From the NCBI GenBank assembly GCA_965224465.1, contig OZ245049.1:4290001-4322000 (forward strand): a stretch of DNA of 32,000 bases. Direction: 5' to 3'. The DNA comes from Flavobacteriaceae bacterium. GTDB taxonomy: Bacteria > Bacteroidota > Bacteroidia > Flavobacteriales > Flavobacteriaceae. The notes beneath the pieces were generated by a model. The model saw only the letters and a program-made list of their open reading frames with translations, searched no databases and was not told the DNA's origin. The translations under genes and the position numbers were made by a program. Of the stretch, positions 1 through 7,613 are shown piece by piece (positions within the stretch are counted from its first letter, which is position 1; each line of letters begins with the position of its first letter).

Positions 1-79
1 TAAATTTAATCATAAAGAATGGGTCAGCTTTTTAAGTACTTCAAGTTACCCTGAAGCTAATGAAATATTATCCTTTTGA
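1..79 (+). CDS. 3' end (partial) of an upstream L-family paralog (putative lipoprotein family)
   Basis: Frame 2 reads KFNHKEWVSFLSTSSYPEANEILSF with stop TGA at 77-79. It aligns with the C-terminal reading of the next copy, NKNHKEWINLIGALGYSDDMFYENK (643-720). The stop overlaps the TTG at 76 (TTTTGA). Confidence 0.45.
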   Translation, partial: KFNHKEWVSFLSTSSYPEANEILSF

Positions 80-720
80 AAACACTACTGGAAATCATTT
101 TAATGACAGTTCTGTTACAATCGTGTAACTCACAAGAGAAAAAAGGAAACAAAAACAATGGAACAATGCAGCAACCATTTGATTTAGCAAATCTTACCTT
201 AAATGAAAATATTGATGATATATTGTTAACAACTCATACATCCTTAAATGACACGTTAATAGTGAACGATTACACCTATTTAGGGAATCAAAGGGTAGCA
301 TTTTCTGAAAAGAACTTATTAGTTTTTAATGGAGCACAACTTTTTAATAAGAACGATGAAGTTAAAAGCCAAGTATTGTTTCATTATGGTAAAATAGACA
401 AAGAATTTGGAGCCATTTATAATGAGAAAGATAACATATTGGGTATGTATTAAATAAAAACAGCAACAGAAAGTAAAGCCGATTTACTTTTTAAAGTCAT
501 TAATTATAGAAAATAAAGAGTAAAAAAATATAAATTAGGTACTATTGAAACCCATCATTGGGTAAATAACAATATGTATTTTTATTATATTATGAAAAAA
601 GAAAATTCAAAAAACGTGTTTTTAAACATATTATTTGTCTTTAATAAAAACCACAAAGAATGGATTAATTTAATTGGTGCGTTAGGATATTCTGATGATA
701 TGTTTTATGAAAATAAATAA
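76..720 (+). pseudogene. L-family lipoprotein gene (L1) interrupted by two in-frame TAA codons
   Basis: N-terminus MKTLLEIILMTVLLQSC is a signal peptide with a lipobox Cys. One frame stays open from 76 to 720 except for TAA at 451-453 and 514-516. The sequence after the stops keeps family motifs (ADLLFKVINY, HHWVNNNMYFYY, NHKEW) that align to L2/L3/L4 and to the partial copy at 1-79. The start is TTG where paralogs have ATG AAA. Confidence 0.55.
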
Positions 721-898
721 AGATACCGGAAGATTTTCAGAAAACTAAATGGTTTATTTTGTTCAATATAAAATCATGAAAAAAGAAATAAATTATTCCT
801 ATCAAGATTGTCTAGTTGAACGATTAAAAATGAATTTTGATTATATTCAGAATATAATAACCAAATAAATATCCAATTAAAACATTAAAAGAAGAGTT

Positions 899-1675
899 AT
901 GAAAGAACCTTATTATATGATTGATTTTAATGCAGGAGCATGCTTATTTGAAATTAGAGTAAACGATCAACCAGTATTAAAAATGAACCTAGAAGGTCAG
1001 GCATCAACAAGAATCCCTATTAATAATGCAATTTTCAATAGTGGAAAACAAGAAGTTTCTGTTAAAATGCTTCCATTGTTAGGGCAAACAAAATTTTCAT
1101 CCAAAGCAGAGCTAAGCTACTCTATAAAGCTGTTTGATACAGTAAATGATTTTCAGTATAAGGAGCAGTATGATGGTTTTGAATCTATGAAAATTGAAAG
1201 TACAACAGCTCTAATAATAACGAATACGTTTTTTTTTAATGCGGAAATTCCATATAAGTTAAAAGATTATTGGAAAGATGGTGGGGAGATAAAAGACATT
1301 GAGGATTATGAAAAAAAAATAAGGAGAGCATATTTAGGGATAATAAACTTAATTAAAGGAGAGCAATTTGATTTGTTTTCTAAAAAGATATCTGATAGAG
1401 AATATAACATAGCTACTTCAATGTACCTTTCTTCAAATGAGTCAAATAGGAGGATTCAGGGTTTAATTAATGATTTAAATAGCGGATATGACTATCTTCT
1501 ATTTGAGGAAGAGTTTGCAATACCTGTTATTTCATCTTACGGAAAAAAAATAGCGTTGAAGAAAATAGACGGAGATCCGGCTTTAGGTTTTGGAAATAAA
1601 GAGAAAAGAGAGCAGCTTCTGTTAGATATAGAGTTTTATTTTAATAAAACAACCAATTCATTTGAAATTATATAA
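899..1675 (+). CDS. A-family protein A1 (uncharacterised, no signal peptide)
   Basis: 258-aa ORF with an ATG start. It aligns end to end with 4340-5110 and 6785-7558. Shared motifs are PYYMIDF..A.C.FEIR.ND, IPIN, E.PY.LK.W, ATSMYLS and a C-terminus ending FE(I/V)I. Confidence 0.75.
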   Translation: MKEPYYMIDFNAGACLFEIRVNDQPVLKMNLEGQASTRIPINNAIFNSGKQEVSVKMLPLLGQTKFSSKAELSYSIKLFDTVNDFQYKEQYDGFESMKIESTTALIITNTFFFNAEIPYKLKDYWKDGGEIKDIEDYEKKIRRAYLGIINLIKGEQFDLFSKKISDREYNIATSMYLSSNESNRRIQGLINDLNSGYDYLLFEEEFAIPVISSYGKKIALKKIDGDPALGFGNKEKREQLLLDIEFYFNKTTNSFEII

Positions 1676-1776
1676 AAGCTGTTCTATCCGAATGGTACTG
1701 TAAAATTAATGTTTTTCTGTTAGTTCGAGTCATTACCTTATCTACCCACAGTTAGTTTAAGTGGACATTATCATTT

Positions 1777-2880
1777 TTGCTTAACCTTACCAACGATTTA
1801 AGTGTTAAATGGCAAAATTTGGATGCTCATGAACATAAAAAACTTCAAAAAAGAGCTGGTAAAATTGGGGCTGAAAAGCGTTGGAAACAAAAGGATGCTA
1901 CTTTTGGATATAGCCTAAAAAGTGAATGGGATAAAAATAGTGCTGGTAAATTTAATAAAGAAAGAGAGTTAAAAGCAGAATATGAAACAAAGTTTAAAAA
2001 ACTTTATGAGATGTTTTCTTCTATTAGTGCCCTGTCCGAAGGTATTACTAGTAAAACAAAAGGGAAAGTACGTTCTACGCCACTAAAAGGTATTCCTGTA
2101 AGTTTTGCTATAAAACCACCTAACTTATCGCTTAGCGGTCAATGGAATTTGGAAAGAGCAAATAATAACAAATTAGGAACTAAAGGTGTTATTGAGTTTA
2201 ATGCAAAACCATTAATAGGTTTAGAAATAACTATTGATTTATTGGGCGCTATTGTTTTTGTTGCTAGCTCTATAGTTGGTGCTAGTTTAGGAGTTGTAGA
2301 ATTATATAAAGAAATTAAAGGAAAGCTTGGAGAAGGTATTGATCTTGGGAATGATAAGGTTGGTGTAAAAGCTAATCTTGACATTTTTATGGATTTAATT
2401 ATATCCAATACTATTAATGTAAAAGCGAAGATTGAATTTAACACAGCAGAATCCGCTAAAGATTCTGACTTTAAAATAGAAGCAGATAGCAAGTTAAAGG
2501 TAGAGTTAAAAGTAGGTGTTATTATAAAAGGAGAAATAGTTATATTAGTAGTTAAGGCAGAAGCTTGTTTTGAAGCTTCTGCAGCAGGAGAAGCGTCTAT
2601 AACATTTGGCCATGGTATTATCTATGATGATAAAGGGCTGTATTACAAACCTAAACTAGGATTTGATGGCTTACATGCCAAATATATTATTCAAGTAAGT
2701 GCTGGTTTAGCTATAAAAATCGCAAAAGATAAAAGTAAAATCAACATAAAACATGGGGGTAAACATACTTTTGCAGAAGGTGATTTTCCAGATGTAATCC
2801 CTTCTTTTGATGTAATTAAAGAACTAGAGGGATATTTTGGTTTTAGTGCTAATATTCCTTTAATCAGTAATAAAAAATAG
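1777..2880 (+). CDS. B-family protein B1: toxin-like, hydrophobic Gly/Ala segment plus amphipathic beta-rich C-terminal domain; possibly an orphan (start-less) cassette
   Basis: 367-codon ORF, paralogous to 5221-6043. The only candidate start is TTG at 1777, and the first in-frame ATG is at codon 79. The frame opens right after TAG at 1753-1755, and homology with B2 begins at 1759, upstream of the TTG. The stop lies 4 nt before the lipoprotein gene L2. Confidence 0.6.
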   Translation: MLNLTNDLSVKWQNLDAHEHKKLQKRAGKIGAEKRWKQKDATFGYSLKSEWDKNSAGKFNKERELKAEYETKFKKLYEMFSSISALSEGITSKTKGKVRSTPLKGIPVSFAIKPPNLSLSGQWNLERANNNKLGTKGVIEFNAKPLIGLEITIDLLGAIVFVASSIVGASLGVVELYKEIKGKLGEGIDLGNDKVGVKANLDIFMDLIISNTINVKAKIEFNTAESAKDSDFKIEADSKLKVELKVGVIIKGEIVILVVKAEACFEASAAGEASITFGHGIIYDDKGLYYKPKLGFDGLHAKYIIQVSAGLAIKIAKDKSKINIKHGGKHTFAEGDFPDVIPSFDVIKELEGYFGFSANIPLISNKK

Positions 2881-2884
2881 AAAC

Positions 2885-3559
2885 ATGAAAGTGATAACGA
2901 CCATAATGATATTAATTATATTAACTTCATGTAACTCTAAGATGAATATAGAGGAATTTGAATTTGACAGGGGAATTCCAATTCAAATCGATGGATTAAA
3001 CAAGGAGTACAGTGTATATGTACCATGGCCTAGTTTGTATAGGCTGAAAAATATAAGTAAGTTTAAATACAATACAATAAAATTTAAAAATGAAAGTATT
3101 GAGTTTAAAGATGAATTATATATCAGAAAGAACAAATTGCTCTTGATTGTAGATTCGTTTGAAATGAATAATTATATAGGATTTGAACTTTCTTTGATTA
3201 ATGAAAAAACAAGTAATGATTTTTTAAATTTGTTTAACAAAAAGTATAAAACTCCATTTAAAAAAAGTGAATATGTAAAAGACAAATATAAGCGTATAAA
3301 ATATTTGTGGATAGATACATTATCTAATAAAATGATCTATTATTATAAGCGTAATGAGTCTGGTCATAAGAATTTTAAAACTGGAGAAAAACAAACTTTA
3401 AGTGAAACTAAAATTATCATACTAAAATTAGGTTTAATAGCTGAGATCGATTCTGATGACAAAAGGAATGATCCAGAAAATTCAAGAAAAATTTTAAAAC
3501 AAAAGCCTAATGCTTTTGATTTGTTAGAAATTTTTAAAAATGAATTTCCTGAAGAGTGA
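2885..3559 (+). CDS. L-family lipoprotein L2 (candidate immunity-type partner of B1)
   Basis: MKVITTIMILIILTSCNS is a signal peptide with a lipobox. The ATG lies 4 nt after the B1 stop (TAGAAACATG). Paralogous to 3615-4300 and more distantly to L1 and L4 (motifs IGF.L.LIN....DFL.LFNKKY.TP and YLW....MIYYY). Confidence 0.75.
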   Translation: MKVITTIMILIILTSCNSKMNIEEFEFDRGIPIQIDGLNKEYSVYVPWPSLYRLKNISKFKYNTIKFKNESIEFKDELYIRKNKLLLIVDSFEMNNYIGFELSLINEKTSNDFLNLFNKKYKTPFKKSEYVKDKYKRIKYLWIDTLSNKMIYYYKRNESGHKNFKTGEKQTLSETKIIILKLGLIAEIDSDDKRNDPENSRKILKQKPNAFDLLEIFKNEFPEE

Positions 3560-3614
3560 AATTTTTCGTTTCTAGTATGAAAATTAAACCGAAACAGAAT
3601 TTAAACTATTAAAT

Positions 3615-4300
3615 ATGAAATTACTTATTCAATTAGTATCAATACTGCTAATAATTATTTCTATAACATCATGTCAAGAAAAAATTGATATTAAAAAATT
3701 AAAATTTGATACTGCCAGTAAAAACCGAAAAATTAATTAAAGATTATAACCTAACTATTCCCTTAAAAGATATTTATAATGTTAGTGATATAGGAAATTA
3801 CCATTATGGAGATATTGAGTTAAAAAAAGAAAGTATTACGTTTAAAGGGGAAAGTAATGTTTACAAGAATGAACTTAGTTTAATTGTGGACTCTTATGAG
3901 ACTAAAAAATATGTAGGTTTTTATCTAGAAATTATTAATGAGGAAATAAGTGATGAATTCTTGTTGTACTTTAACACTACTTATGGTAGTCCATTAAAAA
4001 AGTATGAAAATATTAAATGGAACTATAAAGACCAGATATATATGGAATGCTGAAAAAGGTAATCAGTTTATCTTTTATGATAAACATAATGAAGAACACA
4101 AGAACATAAAAACAGGTAAAGTGCAAGTTTTTAGCAGTACAAAAATTATAATTTTAAAGCATGGTCTTAAATTTGACGATAGAAATCCTTTTCATAGAAA
4201 AGGAGATAAAGAAAAGCTTGAAGTGTATTTTAAAGAAAACCCAGAGTATGCATATCTTTTTCATATTTTCAAAAACAAAGTTTTAGACCCTATAGATTAA
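3615..4300 (+). pseudogene. L-family lipoprotein L3, tandem duplicate of L2 broken by two frameshifts
   Basis: ATG at 3615 gives MKLLIQLVSILLIIISITSCQEKIDIKKLKFD, then a stop at 3738-3740. Homology to L2 continues in the next frame (ORF 3706-4053) and again in the third frame (ORF 4004-4300). The frame changes fall near 3708-3712 and 4025-4035. Confidence 0.7.
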
Positions 4301-4339
4301 TTATTTGAATTTAAGTTCAATAATAAAATATTAAATAAA

Positions 4340-5110
4340 ATGAAAAAAACATTTTACGAAGCTGATTGTAGTGCCTTAAATTGCTTGCTTCAAATTAGAA
4401 TAAATGATGTAGAGGTGTTTACTGCTCCTATTGATGGTCAGATGCGAACAGATATCCCTATTAATATGGGAATCCTTGAAAGCGGAGTGCAAGAAATAGA
4501 AGTTAGGGGATTGCCATTATCCAATTCAATAGCGCTAAATGAGAATGCCTATATACGTTATCAGATTAATGACTTTGACCTTAGTACAGGAAGTTATAAG
4601 TTTATAAAACAGTTTAAAAATCATCAAACTGCTCCTGTACAGAAAGGGAGTCCATTAATAGTTCATAAAAGCACATTTCTAGCAGAAGTTCCTTATAAGT
4701 TAGAGGCATGGCAAAAAGGTTTAGATTTAAAGGATGTTGAAAATATTAAAGCCAAACTGAAAATTGCCTACAATAAACTTATTACGCATTTAAAAAAGGG
4801 AGAGTTTGACAATTTACTTAATGCCTTAAAAAAGCGTGAGAAAAATGCTGCTACAGCAATGTATTTATCTGATAGCGAATCTCAAAATAGAATTTCAAAA
4901 TTGATTTTTGACTTTAAATCAGGCTTTAAGGTAATGCCATTGACATCAAACATAAGACTTGAGTATTCTGCTTATGGAAAGTTGGCTTCTTTAATAAGTG
5001 AAGATAATATGTCTGCCTTACGTCTTGAGAATGAAGACACAGAAGAAGAACTTATTTTACCAGTTACCTTTTATATTCCAGAGGGTAAAACTGAATTTGA
5101 GGTTATTTAA
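4340..5110 (+). CDS. A-family protein A2
   Basis: 256-aa ORF with an ATG start. Full-length paralog of A1 and A3, and the most divergent of the three. Confidence 0.75.
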   Translation: MKKTFYEADCSALNCLLQIRINDVEVFTAPIDGQMRTDIPINMGILESGVQEIEVRGLPLSNSIALNENAYIRYQINDFDLSTGSYKFIKQFKNHQTAPVQKGSPLIVHKSTFLAEVPYKLEAWQKGLDLKDVENIKAKLKIAYNKLITHLKKGEFDNLLNALKKREKNAATAMYLSDSESQNRISKLIFDFKSGFKVMPLTSNIRLEYSAYGKLASLISEDNMSALRLENEDTEEELILPVTFYIPEGKTEFEVI

Positions 5111-5220
5111 TGTTTTAACGAAGACGAAAAGTTGGTTTATTACATAACATATACATAGTTGTCGTTATTTTTTTAATCCTCATACCCCTACGGTAGTTGT
5201 AAAAGCATATCCTGATATTA

Positions 5221-6043
5221 AGTGGACATTATCATTTTTTCTTAACCTTACCAACGATTTAAGTGTTAAATGGAGTGACCAACCGGTATCAAAGCATAAA
5301 GAATTACAAAAAAGAGCGGGTAAAATTGGGGATGAAAAGCGTTGGGAACAAAAGTCGATATCTCATTTAATGCGAAACCGCTTATTGGTATGGAGATGAC
5401 CATAGATTTACTTTGCCTTGAGGTTGGCGCAGTTGCGGGAGCCATAACAGCTGGTGGTGGCTCTCAACCAGCAATGAGGTTGTATAAAGTCATCAAAGGT
5501 AAAATTAATACAGGCATTGAAGTTGGAAATGAGAATTTAGGCGCAAGTATAAAAGCCGATGTATTTATAGATTTGGTTATTTCTAGTACCATAAAAACAA
5601 CAATTGGTTTTGAGTTTAATACTGCAGGAAAAGCAAAAGACTCTAAATTTAGATTAGAAGCGACTAATACGCTAAAAATAGAAATAAAGGCGGGTTTATG
5701 GATTAAGGCAGAGATAGCTTTAGTTATTGTAAAACTTGATGGGTATTTTGAAATGAGCGCAAAAGGCACTGCAGCTGTTACTTTTGGTCATGGTATTAAT
5801 TATGATGACAAAGGACTCTATTATAAGCCTAAATTAGGGTTTGATGGTGTTACTGCCGAATATGTTATAAAAGGTAAGGTAGGACTATCTTCTACTAAAA
5901 AAGTACTAGGAGGCACACCAAGTAGTGATGATATGATTGTTTTAGATAGTGGATATAAAGAACTTGTAAAGCCTTTTGATGTGATTAAAAGTTTAGAGGA
6001 ACTTTTTGAATTTGATGCTAATATACCATTAATTAAAAATTAG
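5221..6043 (+). pseudogene. B-family copy B2: conserved 5' box fused out of frame to the C-terminal domain after an internal deletion
   Basis: 5221-5354 matches B1 1759-1893 and reads KWTLSFFLNLTNDLSVKW...KRAGKIGDEKRWEQK, with no start codon after the TAA at 5200-5202. That frame then terminates at about 5397. The C-terminal domain homologous to B1 residues ~134-367 lies in a different frame (ORF 5342-6043). About 292 nt of B1-equivalent sequence is missing. Confidence 0.65.
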
Positions 6044-6047
6044 AAAA

Positions 6048-6773
6048 ATGAAAATTAAATACCTAATACTAATGTTGTCTGTTACTTTAATGAATTGTAA
6101 TTCGGAAAAAAAAATTGACTTACTATCATTAACATTAAAAGAAGATTTTTTAAAATCAATTGTTGCAAAAAAAGATAGATCTAAATTTAATCTGGATAAA
6201 ATTCATCCATCAACAGGTTTGCCTCTTCTACAAACTACAAATATTAATTGGTTTAAATTCGGTAATACTGAATTGAAACATAATCCTTATGATGGCTCTA
6301 TACAATCCATAGGGTTTTATTTAGAGAAAGCATATAATACAAAAGATAGTTTGTTTACTATAGCAGGATACAGTATAACTATACCTCAAGATGATGAAGT
6401 GTTTAAGGCTTTAAAAAACAAATATGGTACTCCTAAGGAAATAAGTCCAAAGCCAGTAATAAAAGAAACATTGGCGGAAAGACGAGGGAGACTTGGATTA
6501 AAGAATGAAGGCATGCCAAAGAGAACAGCAAAAGATAGTTTACTAGATGGTTTTCATTCTTTTTTATGGAAGTTTAAAGATATTACAATAATCTATTGTG
6601 AATCGTACAATCCGCGTAAAAGGTATGTTGATTTGGACGGGAACCCTATCCAAAATAAGAAGTGGGAGCAAAAAATAACATCATCAGTTTATATTGTAAG
6701 AAATACGCCTATGGATTTAACAAATTCTGGGAAAACTGCTGCTGAAAGACTTATTCAAATATTCACACCTTAA
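6048..6773 (+). CDS. L-family lipoprotein L4 (candidate immunity-type partner of B2)
   Basis: MKIKYLILMLSVTLMNCNS is a signal peptide with a lipobox. The ATG lies 4 nt after the B2 stop (TAGAAAAATG). Distant L-family motifs are present (DLLSLTLKEDF, GYSITIP.DDEVFKALKNKYGTP, FLWKFKDITIIYC). Confidence 0.7.
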   Translation: MKIKYLILMLSVTLMNCNSEKKIDLLSLTLKEDFLKSIVAKKDRSKFNLDKIHPSTGLPLLQTTNINWFKFGNTELKHNPYDGSIQSIGFYLEKAYNTKDSLFTIAGYSITIPQDDEVFKALKNKYGTPKEISPKPVIKETLAERRGRLGLKNEGMPKRTAKDSLLDGFHSFLWKFKDITIIYCESYNPRKRYVDLDGNPIQNKKWEQKITSSVYIVRNTPMDLTNSGKTAAERLIQIFTP

Positions 6774-6784
6774 AAGTAAAATTT

Positions 6785-7558
6785 ATGAGTATTAAACCAT
6801 ATTATATGATAGATTTTAGTGCGTCGGCATGTATGTTTGAAATTCGCATTAATGACTATCCAGTTATCACGCAAAATATTGAAGGACAAGTGTCAACTTA
6901 TATCCCTATCAATTACGCAGTATTAGAAAGTGGCGAACAAGTTGTTTCTGCTACTATGCTACCATTACTTGGAGAAACTACCATACATCCAAAAGCAAAT
7001 TTAAGGTTTAAGATTATGCTTTTTGATGTTACGAACGATTTTGTGTATCAAGAGCAATTTAAAGAATATCAATCTGTAATAGATTTTAATAAAAAACTTC
7101 CAGTTCTAAAGTATGCAGTTACTTTTATTGCAGAAATACCCTATGTTCTTAAAGCCTGGCAAAACGGGCAAGACTTAAGTAAGATAAAAGAGGTTAGTGA
7201 AAAATTAGTTGTAGCCTATCAATACATTGGTCGTTTAATAAATAATAAAAGATATGATACTTTTAAAGCTATAATTGAGCGTAGGGAAAACAATATGGCA
7301 ACTTCTATGTATTTATCTACACAAGAAACACAGTCAAGAGTTCTAGGGTTAATATCAGATTTTAAGTCAGGATTTAAAGTTATGCCAATATCAAAAGGCG
7401 TTGTTGTGCAAATTTATGGAAATGGAAAAGTGGCAGCATTAAAAAAAATAAATGGAGAGTCAGCTTTATATCTCTATAACGAAGAAACTAAAGAAGAACT
7501 TATGCTAGATATTACCTTTTATATTCCAGAAGGGAAGACTGCATTTGAGGTTATTTAA
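6785..7558 (+). CDS. A-family protein A3
   Basis: 257-aa ORF, 11 nt after L4. Close paralog of A1 (PYYMIDFSASACMFEIRINDYPV) and shares its C-terminus with A2 (FYIPEGKT.FEVI). Confidence 0.75.
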   Translation: MSIKPYYMIDFSASACMFEIRINDYPVITQNIEGQVSTYIPINYAVLESGEQVVSATMLPLLGETTIHPKANLRFKIMLFDVTNDFVYQEQFKEYQSVIDFNKKLPVLKYAVTFIAEIPYVLKAWQNGQDLSKIKEVSEKLVVAYQYIGRLINNKRYDTFKAIIERRENNMATSMYLSTQETQSRVLGLISDFKSGFKVMPISKGVVVQIYGNGKVAALKKINGESALYLYNEETKEELMLDITFYIPEGKTAFEVI

Positions 7559-7613
7559 GAGAGACTAACGATACGTAGTCAAGCTAAAAGATTTAATTTT
7601 AAAAAAAAGAGAA

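Noticed and set aside
451-516. Programmed stop-codon readthrough or recoding of the two TAA codons in L1
   Set aside because: TAA is used as a normal terminator by many neighbouring genes and no recoding signal is evident. Pseudogenisation or sequencing error is the simpler explanation.
776-868. 30-codon ORF MKKEINYSYQDCLVERLKMNFDYIQNIITK between L1 and A1
   Set aside because: It is too short, has no paralog in the other modules and has no recognisable features. It may be a remnant or non-coding.
2139-2492. Long antisense ORFs inside both B copies (2139-2492 and 5464-5769, minus strand) at equivalent positions
   Set aside because: They mirror the sense-strand Gly/Ala/Val/Ile/Lys-rich codon usage, which avoids reverse-strand stops. 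The sense frames are the ones supported by paralog conservation and by coupling to downstream genes. These are most likely shadow ORFs.
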